DNA of 64,000 nucleotides from Daphnia carinata (Eukaryota): NCBI RefSeq assembly GCF_022539665.2, contig NC_081333.1, positions 10,044,001 to 10,108,000 of the forward strand, read 5' to 3'. Shown piece by piece: positions 46,529 to 60,062 of this stretch (position 1 is its first letter; each line of letters starts with the position of its first letter). The notes under the pieces were generated by a model. It saw only the letters and a program-made list of their open reading frames with translations, ran no database searches and was not told where the DNA came from. The position numbers and the translations under genes were made by a program.

Positions 46529-49500
46529 ATGTCTTTACGAAGACACAGCGCTTCGTTAGTTGTGTTTTTACTTTGTTTTCTCTCTTTGAATACTCTAATC
46601 GTTTCAGCATTCTCCAAGTCCGAATTACTATTTCCCTACGGTGCAGTGGTTTCTGATCGACGACTGGACAATGATACCGACGATTTCAATAGTATCGAAG
46701 TTCAATTGACAACGCCAGTGGTGTTTTACGACCAAATCTACAACTCTATATACGTAAGTTGACATTAGTCACAAGAATTTTTGGACCGAGATAGTGCCTC
46801 ACAGGGGGAAGAGAACGGGAGGAGGAGAAGAGCTCTAATTTGTTTGTCAGATTTGAATGATTAGTCATGGGACACTGGGCACATGTCAGACAACAGTTAT
46901 CGGTCCTGTTCCAGTTTAACACTGTTCTCGTAGCCATGGTGAAAACAGACATTTTTCGTAAACGCTTCTCATTCAACAATAGGTCAATGAAAATGGATTG
47001 GTGTCATTTTTGACGGAGATAGCCAACTTTTTTAGTATTCCATTTCCACTAGACTACCCTACTATAGCTCCATTATATTCAGACGTCGATATTCGAGCCA
47101 GAGGAGCTGTATGGTATAGGTATATTTATCCTTTCCCACTTTTGTTCTCAATGGCTGGCATTTTCGTTCACTTCTTTTGTTTCATTTTAGGGAAACACGC
47201 GATTCGCTGGACATCAAACGCGCCTCTGTTTTGGTGCAAAAACACTTCACATCTGGACGAGGGTTTGAAGCCAAGGACTTGTTTATCGTCACTTGGGATG
47301 ACGTCGGCTTTTTCGATCGAGGAAACGATAAGGTTATTAAACTAAATGGAACTAATTCGCGCGAGAGAGAGCCCGTAACGTGACTCTTTTTCTTGATGGA
47401 TGACGCGCATAGGGCAACACTTTCCAGCTTGTGATAGCTTCCGACAACCAAGAATCCTTCACTTTGTTTGCCTATCCGGATAAAGGCATCCAGTGGATAC
47501 AAGGAATCGGTAAAAATCCAAATCTCCCAGACGCTAGGGCACAGACTGGATTTGTTTCTGGAGATGGCCGATTCTATGTCCTTAAAGGTTCCGGTTCGGA
47601 TCAAGTTTCCAACTTAAATAAGTACATGCTTATCTTTTTGTTATTAGTTTTATTATTTCTACCATCTTACGCCAGCTTTGATGTCACTATTTTGTAAAAG
47701 ATTATCAAATATTGGAGTTCCTGGCGTGTGGATGTTTCGTGTTGGAAAACTCGGCCAGACCGGCGAAGTTGAATCGCCTGATTTAGCTACTGGAGACAGT
47801 TGAGTTATTTTTACTACACGAAGATCCTGCTTATTCCATTACTAACGAATAATTAATAACTTAACAATAGCTACACTACAACAACCACAAGGAGCTGAAA
47901 CATGTGCGGTAGGATCGGCCCTTTGTCACAGCAAAGCTATATGCGTTGACTATAATCCGGGATTCTGTTGCCAATGTTCTTCTGGTTTCGTTGGAAATGG
48001 TAGAAATTGCTTGACGGAAGGTATTGATTTTTGTCTTCTTTCAAACGTTTTCATTCAAAGAATAGAAGGTGGCCTGAAAGTGATTCCAAAAAAATGTATT
48101 TCAAGGGATTCCACAACGAATTAACGGCAAAGTCAGCGGCAAAATCAATGGTCTTAGCTTCCAGGACGAAGATCTCCACTCGTACGTCGTTACCAGCGAT
48201 GGCCGTGCCTACACTGCAGTGTCCAAGATGAACGAGAGCATTGGCTTTGATTTGCAACCTCTCTCCATGCTTGGTGGAGTAGTTGGCTGGTTATTTGCAC
48301 GTTCCACTTCCACTTCCGCCCCCAACGGTTACCAACTTACAGGTGCAATATATACGACAATATTGTTCTCTGGAAAAACTTGATTAGGTTCCTTTTTTTC
48401 TGGTTTGGTTTATTCACATCAAAGGAGGGAAGTTCAATTTCACAACGACAATGGATTTCCCGCAATCCGGTCACCGTGTCGTCATCGAACAACGGTTCCA
48501 TGGCGTAGATGTGTTCAACTATTTACGGATGAGCATTCACGTGTTCGGAACAGTTCCTTCTATTCCGCATGGCTCTAAAATAGAAATCTCTGATTACGAA
48601 GAAGAACATCACAAAACGGGATTAGGTAAGAAACAGTTTCATTGAGCATTTGCTGAGCCAAAGCTGCAATTCTTTTCTTGTTTGTTTGAAGGTGAATTCA
48701 GGTCAGCGAGTCGGCGAGCGTTTCGCATCGAAGGTTCAAGTCTGGACATTCCATTCAGTGTCGATCACGTCATTCACTTCGAAGAGTGCCCGTTCGCGTC
48801 GCTCGACAATAGAACAATACTGAAGCTAAAAGTAGCAAGAAATTTCGTCACGTACGATGCTCGTGAACTCATCGTTCGTTTTGCTATGACAACCAAAATT
48901 TCACCTCTACAAGGTTTCCGATTTCCAATCAATTCCTTATGCATTTACAATTTTTAAAAAATTTCTTATTCAACAATTGTAAAATGTTTTTTTTTATTTG
49001 CTTTTTAACATCTGGAACATTGTTTTGATAAACTGCAGAGACGGAGGATCCTTGCGTCAAAGGACAGGCCTCGTGTGTTCCTAACAGTATCTGTATCGCG
49101 GACAAAGACACATTCCGATGCGTTTGCAGTAAAGGGTACGTAACAAATAGCTGATTTGGAAGTAGGGTATACTAATTTTTAGTAAATGTTTCAGATACGA
49201 ATACTATTACGAAGAGGGCAAAGCGGAATCATCATGTGTAGATGTTAATGAGTGTAATATAGGCACGGATCGATGCGACGAGAACGCGCTCTGTTTCAAT
49301 GAACCAGGCGGTTACCAGTGTCGCTGTAAAGCCGGATACAACGGCGACGGATTCAATTGTCAGAGTGAGCATCAAAATATTTTAAGATTTCATAACGTTT
49401 CAAGCCAATTTTATTTTTTGCCGTTATATTTTTACAGAGGAGACACCTTGCTCGCGTGTCCGTTGTTCCGCTAACTCGCTATGCGTTGAGAATGCCCAAG

Positions 49501-52500
49501 GACATCCAGAGTGTCGTTGCATTCCTGGATTCAAGGAAATCGAAAATCAATGTCAGCCTATTAGCTCACCGAACATGACTACTGATTGTCAACAAGAAGA
49601 CAAATGTGACATCAACGCTCAATGTATCTATAACAGCCAAGCTGACCGTTATGTGTGTCAGTGCTTGAGTGGATTCCGTGGCGATGGTCTGATGTGCGTC
49701 CTTTCATCGGGTAAAACACCTTCACCGTTTCTCCTGCAATTCTTTTGTTTAAAACATGATTTATTTTGAAATGAGATAGAATCTTGCGAACACGCTGCCA
49801 ATTGCAGTCCGTATGCTACATGTACGCACAACGAAGTACTTAACAGTTACCAGTGCATATGTCTTCCCGGTTTTGAAGGCGATGGGTACGAATGTGTGCG
49901 GCCCACTTGCATTCTCGGCGTTTGCTGGTGCCCTGATGGTTACCTGTACGTCAACGATAAATGTGAACGCTCCGTTATCAGCGGAGAAGCCCCCGGTATG
50001 TTTCTACGTTATTCTAAATAAAAGCCCAATTTTCAATAATTTTCTTTTAAAAAATAAAATAACACAAAAAAAATAGTTTCTTGCAACGAGGTAAACATAT
50101 GCCACTCAAACGCTCGTTGCGTTTTGTCTACCGCCAACTCCACCAGTCCGGAAGAACAGTATACTTGTCAGTGCAATGATGGCTACGTAGGAGATGGTTT
50201 CCAGTGCGCTATGGAGATCGGTTTGCCAATCGTCTCGACTGAGACACCGTCTGGTTGCGATGTCAGCGGTTGCGGTCCAGACGCCACGTGTGTCTACGAT
50301 GACGAAGCGCTCCAATCGGTTTGCGTTTGCAATGACGGCTACCGCGGCGACGGCCTTTTCTGCACTCCCATCGGTTCGATGGCTTCCATTCACAGAAATA
50401 AACCACCTTATTTTGCCCAAAACTAACAGTATTCTCCCTTTGGCACAGATGGATGTAGCGCTTTATCTGACTGCGATATCAACGCCCAATGTTTATTTAG
50501 CAACAGAGATCAACGTTTCCAATGCGAATGTAATCAAGGATATTTTGGAGACGGAAAAAGCTGTTATCGTGCAGAACAAAGTTAGTTAACTTTTTTTATG
50601 GAACTCTTTTACCAAGAAATTTGCTTAATGAGTGTTCTTTTTGGGAACAAACAGTTGCTGAAGAAGAAGAAGAAGAAGAAGAACCCGGTTGTAATGAAGT
50701 GAATAACTGTCACGTTAATGCAGCCTGTGTCACTGATGAATCGAGCGCCAGATATGTATGCATTTGTCGTTCAGGCTTTAATGGTAACGGCTTTCACTGC
50801 GAACCCAGTGTCATCGGTTGTAACGTCATCAATAATTGCCATCGTGATGCTCAGTGCCTCTACGATCCCGAATCCATTGGCTATAGATGCAAATGCAAAG
50901 AGGTATTGTATTTCCTTTTTCTCAAATCGAATCTGCGCTGCCCACGCAGTCAATTGAATCATTCTGTTGACTGCAATTTAGGGTTTTACTGGTAGTGGAA
51001 CTACCTGTCGGCCTCTTGAATCGTGTGTCGATAACGAAAGCATCTGTCATGCGAATGCCCTTTGTGCGTGGAACACGGAGGGTTACTATGGCTGCCGTTG
51101 TCGCGAAGGTTTCAGAGGCGATGGTTATCAATGCCAAGGTAAAAAATCTTATGCAAAAAGGCAACTGTTTTCTTTGAGATTAACATTTTAAAAAAAATTT
51201 CCTAGTTATACCTAAACATGAGGGCAAATTCTTGTTGATCAGTCACGGTATGTCCATTTTACGCGTCCCAGTCCAACCGTCACCGACAAAGCCCGGACGG
51301 CCAATTTTCGTTCAAATATTCCAGGCAGCCGTTGGTAATTTAACTAGATAAAAAATGTTAAGAGAGTTAAAGACATATGTCATTTTATTGTTTTATTATA
51401 GGTATCGATATCGACTGTCATGAAGGCAAGGTTTATTGGAGCGATGTCAACGGACGGATTATCACAAGTGCAGCGTACAACGGATCAAACTCCAAAGTCT
51501 TCCTTAATTCTGGTAAAATATAATATTGCCAAGCAGCGATTGGCGAATATTATCAAAGTGCTCTGATTATAGTTAAATGACGACTACCTTTGAGTAGAGA
51601 AATTTTTGTAAAACTAACTGTCGCAACATGGCTTACAGATATTGGGTCACCTGAAGGCATCGCTATTGACTGGGCATCGAGAAACATGTATTGGACTGAT
51701 TCGATGCGAGACACGGTGGAGGTGGCCAATTTGGATTCGAAAATTCGACGTGTTCTTTTCAATACCAATGTAAAAATGTTTTTAAATTTAATCTGCATAA
51801 TTTAGTATTTTCTAACATTCCCATCTTTGGTTAAAAGTTAATCAATCCTCGTGGCATCGCGGTTCATCCTTCTCGTGGCCTACTTTTCTGGAGTGATTGG
51901 GACCGTGCAAACCCTAAAATCGAACGCGCCAATGCCGACGGGACGGATCGTCGCAGCGACTTTATTACCACCTCTCTACAGTTACCTAATTCGCTAACTA
52001 TCGATTACGAAAACGAAGAAATTTGCTGGGCCGATGCAGGTGTTCGCAGAATTGGTACGACAAAGATCGTTGTCTTTCCGCAACCCTAATATATTCACGA
52101 TTTTTTATGTTCCACAGAATGTGCAAATTTAGAGGGTGGTAATCGTCGAGTAATAAGCTCCGACGTCAAATACCCGTTTGGCCTTACTCACTACGGACAA
52201 CGCCTTTTCTGGACGGATTGGGAAGAGTAAGATCTTTTAACCTTTTCAAGGCCTAAGAATGTCAACTTATATTAATGGCTTTCATTTTGTAACAGGAAAA
52301 CTATCAAAAGTGCTTCAAAAGATGAGAACGACACTGACAACATATCCTTGCAAGTGCCACTCGGCGGACAAGGAAAGCTGTATGGAATTGTTGCTGTTCC
52401 GGAAACATGTCCTAGAGGTAAAAAAAAACGAGCTGACGTAATTTCCTTTGTTGTTCATACCTAAAATAACTGTTGCCCTTGCGCAGTTCAATCAACGTGT

Positions 52501-52575
52501 CAGATTGCCTCTGGAGGATGCAATGCGGAGCAAATTTGTCTGCCCAACGGGACGAATGGCAGGACCTGTCTTTAA
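46529..52575 (+). CDS. Ndg: Nidogen/entactin (basement membrane protein)
   Basis: Signal peptide [31 protein letters not shown] domain ([27 protein letters not shown]), EGF, then G2F domain ([28 protein letters not shown]). About 11 EGF repeats follow, then a YWTD/LDLR-B propeller ([36 protein letters not shown]) and a final EGF ending at TAA 52573-52575. Confidence 0.96.
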
Positions 52576-55500
52576 CAATTAATCCCGAGATTTTTGTTTT
52601 AACTCAATATCATTTCAGAGAGGTGAGAGGGAAAGTTCATTTTTTTTTTCTATCGAGATGTAACCATGTAACATACACCCTCAAGTGAAACATGACTATG
52701 GTCACGATAGGCGTCTTACAAAATTAAAAATTCTTGCCAATTTCATTGAAAAGGAAGCAAGTTACCATGGCAATAGTAATGAGTGATGATGATGTTGAAT
52801 GTCTACCATTATCAAAGTGTGCGTATAATATTACACAATCTCTGAATTTCCTTATATAATGCCACAAGAAAAACGACCTACGAGAATCCTCCGAATGTAA
52901 GAAAAAGACAAAGACTAATAGGATTTATTTACTATTCGTAGAGTGAAGGTTCCGCAGAATGAAACAGCACACAAAAAAGATCCGTAAGCTATAATTATAT
53001 TTTTTATTATTCATTTATCATTATACCGACTGAAATAGATAACAAATCATGCTTCTATGTTATAATCTTACTAAGCTTCCGTTTCCTGCCATTAGCTATA
53101 AGGACTTCGGTTAAGGTCAATGACACGGCGGATATAAAATTTAAAGTTAACGATTCCGTTCGTTTCCCTTATCATTAAACACAACGTATGAATAAATCGA
53201 GTTCTAATACTTATCGACAGTCATCGCCATTCCACCGAGGCCAAAACAACAATGTTACGTCATTAATATCTAAAACTAACATTTCGTTGCTCGACTGTAT
53301 CCATCACAACAGGCATATAGAACCAGACGTCATTGGCCCTTATAGTATCATGTATCCTTGTCATAGAGATATTGAACCGGAAAAAGTAAAATGACCAGTT
53401 GTTAGCACAGGTATTTATATGCTTCGTGTCCGCGCCCGTAGCTATTAAATTGCAATTGTAAAGCTCATAAGTCACGATTTTAAAAGGTTGACATTATTAC
53501 TGAAATAAGCCATTTCTATTTGGCACAGCCACAGTTATTTTTGGATTTTATATAATTTTTTTTCGCTTAAGCTGTCAATTCAAAGAGACAGAGAAAACAT
53601 TTTAGGTGATAAAAGTATTGTCCAGGGAAATAGCACGCAGCAGGTAGACAGATTAAGATAAAGAAATACGCGTAGCGCTACTTTGCTATGATAATCTGCT
53701 TTGCTCGGGTGAAAAGCGAAACAGCATTAAAAATTGGGGTTGCCTATTTTTAGCTCGTTATATGAATGGCACTTAAGGTCATCCTTTTATTGTGGTCATC
53801 ATTAAAAAAAAACCGTCTTGTGCAATGCTTCTCCAAAAAATTACGGTATTGTTGATGCTATGAAGTCTTTATTGAGCAAACTACAAGTTCCTAATGCTGT
53901 TTCGTAAGAGCCGTTCATGTTATATTAGTGTATCTGCCTTTTCAATCGCTTACGTATGCGATAACCCATTGCAAGAGCGTACAACTTGTTCACAATCAAT
54001 AATCTTTAAGATTTCAGGAAACCCATTACGAGTAGGTAAAAAATTTTCCACTTTTCATTAAAATGTAAAAGTAGAAGGCGGCATCGAATTGCACAAAATT
54101 CGCGTTTTATTACATGACCTAATTCATTCATGAGGCGATAAAGTTCTCTGGGTAATGCATGAACTTAAATTTTGTTTTCTATTCTGCATAAGTTATGTGT
54201 CAATGTTGATCTATAAGCTTCGAAATGTAACTTGGTTATACTGACGTCCATTAGACTCATGTTAGTTTCTTAACCAACAATCGAACATTGTTGTAAGCAT
54301 GTAAGAGTTGCTGCAAGTACGCAGCCAAACGCCTACGCAATCCCGTCACTTACAATGTCTCACGGCGTAGGCGGCATGAATATTTCATCATCAGAATCCA
54401 TATGGAGATTCCATAATCCATGTCTATAGACTGCATTGTCTGAGACCGCTGCATTGAAGATAAATGAACGATATAACCTATCTCTTATTTAAATAACTCG
54501 CGAGCCAACGAATGTTTCTCAAAATATAATATCTGCTCGCTTTCCCATTGAAATACGGGTAAATTTATGCTTTGATGATAAACTGTTTTTCATTTAATGA
54601 AAATGAAAGTCTATAGTTTTTTTTTTGGTACGAGTACTGCGAGAAATTCTCAACAAGTTTCCAGAAAAAGCTCCCATTATTTCTCTTTTCAATTTTCTCC
54701 ACGTCTGATTGAATGTTACGTGATATCCTATAAGCACCATTAAATTGCACTTGTGAATGAACTGCCTCGCCTTACAAGTAGTCACTTTTAGCCTGAGCTT
54801 GTATAAGATTGTGCGGTTTCCTTGTGAAGCGGTTTGAAGAGGTTGTAACTATTCTCGGCACGAAAGAGTCACAACTCACGGCTTGGGTTTCGTGAAAAGC
54901 GGTCGATAATTTTTTTTCTCTCTGTTACATCATTGATCACCTTGATGGATAGTAAATGGTGGCCCATGAATAGCTCACACTACATCCGTTCTCATTCATT
55001 CTTTCATTCATTCATGCGTTTCAGTAGTTTTAAGACCGATGAGCGCCCAATTGGCGACAGTGTTAGCTTATTCGTCAATCCATCTCAACTGTTAGGCAGA
55101 AAAATAAACAACACGATTTATCAATTAGTCCAATTCGTTCGCAATGGCAACCAAGGGAGCTAGGAAGTAACGTGAACTAGTCACGTTTGCTGGCACTCAA
55201 CGTGTGCGCTAAAAAAAAGAAAGCAAACGGTGCGACTTACTTATTTCTTGTTGTTTGTGCTTCTCGGCTATCCCCTTCGTCCATCCGTGCGAATATGAGC
55301 TAGTTGAATGAAGTAAGACTGCTCTCAACTTAAGCAATTCAGAAAATGGGTATGTTTGGACGGTAAAATAGTTTCTCACATACCGTTCTTTACAATCCGA
55401 GTTAACCCTGATACTAATAAAATTTTCCAATAATCTACTCGGGAAAATTTCTACTTGTTTTCCCGAAAACTCTTTCACCATCCCATCAGGTGGTACAATA

Positions 55501-56402
55501 TAAATTCTGTGGCTGGTTATTTAGAAACAAAATTTTGTCAGACGGCTATTTCCATTAATAATTCCCGCAGTTAAATAGATCCTGTATCAAAAAAAGTCAG
55601 CGTCACAAACATTCTTGCCATACGATCACGTATATACGTGGAACTTTTCTTCCGAACAGATTTCATTTTGACCTCAACGTGCCCTTGTTCTTCATTCTTG
55701 CTTTACAAGAGAACTAGAAGCAACCGCATCAACTCATCTTTTAACTTTCTGAATGTGAGATACAACTAAAAAGTGAATAAAACCAATTGAAAAAAATGTC
55801 GGGCTTCACGTCGATTTATTGTCTTATGAATAAACCATAAGAAAGCCAAAGAAAAGAGAAGCATTGGATATAGCCTTATGACGATGCAAAGCTGTAGTGG
55901 GTGGATAAAAGCATTGTGAACTGTTGATATGACGACGAAAGCCTTTGGATATATAAACAGTGACCAAATGACCGTTCAGGAAACTTAATGCCGTTGTTGG
56001 ATGTCGGCAGCTCGGGGAGACCCGCAATCGTCCGCCAAAACAAAACTCGCAAGACGGTAACTCAGTATTTCAAGTCACATCAGGCCTCAATATCTAGTGT
56101 TTTCTTTTGTTTTTGTTCTTTTCCTTTTTTTAGGGAAAAGATGTTGGAAAAACGACGCAGAGAAGGGTTTCAAGTGACCATTGGTCAGACATCAGCCAGT
56201 CAATCATAAGCTGCAATCTTTATGCCAAAACAAACCTTGAGAAGTAGGCCTATAGCCATGGAGAACCGTGAACTTAGTTTCCGACTCTGAAAGATTCTGC
56301 GACCCACGCTGTGCCAGAGGTTTGCGCGCGCTGATGGCTTCGCTGCCTTATGGCATTGTACACCTTTTTGGAGGAGTCGACGATGGGAGGGAGCTGTTCA
56401 AC

Positions 56403-56410
56403 TATAAAAA
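56403..56410 (+). promoter_or_regulatory. Candidate TATA box for the small secreted peptide gene
   Basis: TATAAAAA, followed about 200 bp later by a strong donor ACG|GTGAGC (GT at 56609). The peptide ATG at 57681 is immediately preceded by an acceptor (ttattgcag), which implies a non-coding first exon. Confidence 0.35.
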
Positions 56411-57680
56411 GGGATCTCGGCTGAGTAAACGTGACAGACACCTTCTACCTGTGATTGGTTGTACCACTCAAATAGGGTGAACTATTTTCGATTTCGTGCA
56501 GGTTATTACATGAACTCACGTTTAACGTCGACGCGCATTACTCCTAACCGCTTCCATAATCAGGATCAGTAATTCAAGATCATCAAATCCGAATCTACTG
56601 GATAAACGGTGAGCCATATTTACATCATTTATACATATTACGTTGTCAACTGACCATTTAAATTCAAACGAGATTACGAAAGAAAAACGGGTTATCACTT
56701 TCTCTGTTTATTAAATTGAGGATAATTTCCAAAACCCAACTTGGACAGGATGCGATGCCCGTATGGTACAGGCTACAATAGAATTTGCATTTCTCCGAAA
56801 ATAAAGTTCTTGTATCTAAAAATATACCTATCATAAAAAAAGAGAAAACTGCTGAATCATCTCTCAAAACATTCTCTTGGCAATAAAACCCCAACAAATA
56901 CCTAGCTTTAATTTATATGAGTAGTGTAATATGGTCGATTCCTTTTTTTTTTGCCCCGACCTGACTAACAGAAGCAGGTACAAGAAAATTAGGATCGAGG
57001 GACGGGAAAAAAAATAGGTAACCTTCAACCTTAGCAAGCCACCAGTCAAAGTAAGTTTGAACAATAAGAGAAAAATGAGATAGAGCGAAAGTCGTTGGGA
57101 TCGCAATTTAACTTTTCGGGGTCAATAAGAACAAAAACAAAATCTTTATGGGAATCGCCGTTGAGATCTCCTTATGCAATCACGTTCCAAAAAAAAAATT
57201 TCACTATCGTAAAAGTTTAAAGTTGAATCAAAGGCTACCGGCACCTGCATATTGAACACCAAGCAGGAAGGTTCAGGCTGCTATTTTTATACGATTTATA
57301 TCTATCAGCGAAGCAGTAAATCAGACAATGCTGGAAGGAGAAAACATAGACAAAGTTGTGACATGCACCTTAAAAACAAATAGGTACGAGGGAACTCCAT
57401 ATCAGTTTCCACGTCTTTTTAAATCATTGAAGCAAAATGCTCGCAAAGGATAGCGGATGGAACAGTTGGTCCAAAAACGGAAAGAAAGAGCTTCGTTCGT
57501 ATAAGGATGCACGTGACAGGAGACAATAATGTCTTACGTGTAAAGTCTGCCCCGAGTAAGGGATCGATGATGCAACAACACGCTATTCCTTTCGGAAAAA
57601 GCAATCGAACTAGGTTCCGTTGTTTAAAAATACCAAGCACGTGCGCATAACATTTTTATGCATGAACTTGTTTATTGCAG

Positions 57681-58070
57681 ATGAATCCAAGCCACTTGCT
57701 TTTGGCGACGCTGGCCCTCTTCTTGACGGACGTCTTGGAAAATGTCCAGTCATCACCTACCCTAAGTAGTATCGACACATTCGACGATGTCGATATGACT
57801 CTACTACATCGAGCCATGCGACAGGGCAACGACTGCGATTCACAGGTATCAAAGAAAATCCATTCTATAAATGTTGAAAGAAACTGCTACATAATTTTCA
57901 GATGGTCATCTCATTTTATACTGTTACTTTTTTAGGAAGAAGTCCGGGAGCTATGTCAACGTTGCGCAAAGGTGACGAGATCTACCGTGGCGTATCCTCT
58001 CTGTTGTCAGCCGCGAGAGAACCCAAGAATTTGGTGTATGAAATTTTTGGCTTTTGGGATCAGCAAATAA
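57681..58070 (+). CDS. Small secreted six-cysteine peptide precursor (99 aa), neuropeptide/toxin-like
   Basis: Exons 57681-57845 and 57936-58070 (GT-AG, phase 0). Hydrophobic signal peptide MNPSHLLLATLALFLTDVLENVQS, an acidic propeptide and an RAMR cleavage site. Predicted mature peptide QGNDCDSQEEVRELCQRCAKVTRSTVAYPLCCQPRENPRIWCMKFLAFGISK. Confidence 0.85.
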
Positions 58071-58919
58071 TCTAGACACGCAATCAAGAACGACCATAAT
58101 GACACTTCTTCGAAAAACTAACAACTACATTCCTTTAAAACTTTCTCAGATGATCTCAAAATCGGCTCATTCCCCGCTATTTATCCCGAATCGAAGGATG
58201 TTGTAAGCACATTTATTGTATGTATAGTTCCAGTGATGTTTCCAGACAATAAATGTATGTACTGAGCATTACAAATACACACTATTAGCGAATGGAAAAA
58301 AAATAATGTGTTTCTAAAACAACGCTTTATGTGAATCTTGGAGATGGGCTTGGAAACACACAAGCGACCACCGGCTTGCTGCGAAGCAACAGGTAGAACC
58401 AAACCTTGTGCTGGAGGTTGGTTTCATTTGGATGCAATATATACAGTATATATATATAGGATTTCCAAAAGGCAAAACCATCAATGGCGTGAGAACTTCC
58501 TTGTACTTGGGCTTACCAATGGTCGCTTGGCATTTAATTGGAAGCCATTGCTGCATGTCTTTCCGGTCACCCAAGTGTTACGACCAGTTTTCCCTTTTCG
58601 TTTGCCCACATCACTTCCTAACTACACGGATACAGCTGCGTCCTTGGTTGTCTGGAAGACTTCGAAAAGTAATCTTCGTGCGTATCTCATTGCGTTAAAT
58701 AACTTTGCTTACAACTAATAAACTAGCAAAGAAAATTCTTCGTTTATTTTGAATTTCTAAATTAATAGTTAATAAAGTCAAAATATTGCGCGTGAAAAGA
58801 AACAAGTTTCTTACGATTTGGCACCCCCTCTGAAATTGCAGCTGACAGCAAACAACGATAAAATCCGACGTCTTGGCTGTCCACCTAATTCTGACTTGCA
58901 ACCACGTAGCTGAAAGAAA

Positions 58920-60062
58920 ATGACGCAAATTCGAAATGTTTGCTTCATCGCTTCCATACTGTTTGCAATCGCTAGCTGTGCAACGTTGAAAGTGTTGGAC
59001 GAGCAAAACTGGGACCAAATGCTAACTGGTGAATGGATGGTTGAATTGTGAGTGCCCTCGTTAAACCTTGCTTGTTTATTTACGCTTCTACAAATTACAA
59101 CTCGTAATCGTTGTTCATTGAGATGTTTTCATAGTAATTTTTTTACATTGAAATTATTCAAGCTATGCCCCATGGTGTCCAGCATGCCGAGCCCTGGAAC
59201 CCGTCTGGGAAGAATTTGCATCTTGGAGTGACGATTTAGGAATCAAAGTTGGACATGTTGATGTTACCACCTCTCCTGGTCTGAGTGGTCGCTTCATGGT
59301 TACAGCTTTACCCACGATATACCAGTAAATCTCATTTGACCTATCTATCTAATTCTTAAAATTACTTGTTTGAATTCTCACATTCACATTCCTATATTAG
59401 TGTAAAAAATGGAGTCTTTCGGCAATATCGTGGAACAAGAGACAAGGATGAGTTCATTAGTTTTGTTGAAGAAAAAAAATGGGAACAAGTTGAACCTATC
59501 CCTAGTTGGAAATCACCATCTTCCATTCAAATGTCTGTTGTTTCTGGATTCTTCAAGCTTTCCATGATGCTGAGAAACATTCATACGCAAATCACAGAAG
59601 AGCATGGAATTCCGTATTGGGGATCTTATTTGCTCTTTGCTCTCGCTACCATCATTGTTGGTGCTGTTCTAGGACTCGTTCTAGTTTTTCTCATCGACTG
59701 CTTTTATCCAGCGAAGGTTACTGCAAAACGAGTGGAATCCAAATCCGCGAAATCAGAACAAAATGTAAGTTTCTTAAAGCATTCTGCCTTATTGCTTGCA
59801 AGAATTATAAGTAAAGTGTTTATTTTTGTAGGATGAGGATGCTGAAGATGACGATGACATAGTAGACGAAAATAGTCAATCAGAGGGAAAGGATGGTGAT
59901 GAATTCAGCCAGTCGGAGCAAGAAGAAGATGAGAAGGAAAAAACTTCAGAAGAAAAAGAAACAACGAACGTTAAAAATAACGAAGAAAACCAGGCTGCTG
60001 AGGATGGTCCTTCTCCTTCCAGTCCTGACATTCGAAAGAGACGCAGCCGGAAAGCGGACTAG
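58920..60062 (+). CDS. TMX1: Thioredoxin-related transmembrane protein (TMX1-like)
   Basis: Signal peptide, then GEWMVEFYAPWCPAC (the CPAC active site characteristic of TMX1), GLSGRFMVTALPTIY and FRQYRGTRDKDEF. TM helix YLLFALATIIVGAVLGLVLVFLI, and an acidic cytosolic tail ending IRKRRSRKAD*. Four exons. Confidence 0.92.

Noticed and set aside
54330..54373. Inverted repeat CGCCTACGC…GCGTAGGCG as a possible miRNA or structured RNA
   Set aside because: Only a 9-bp perfect stem with a poorly paired interior. Too short for a pre-miRNA, and no other support.
58314..58718. Overlapping 86-126 aa ORFs between the peptide gene and TMX1
   Set aside because: No domain similarity or splice support. Likely intergenic or promoter DNA.
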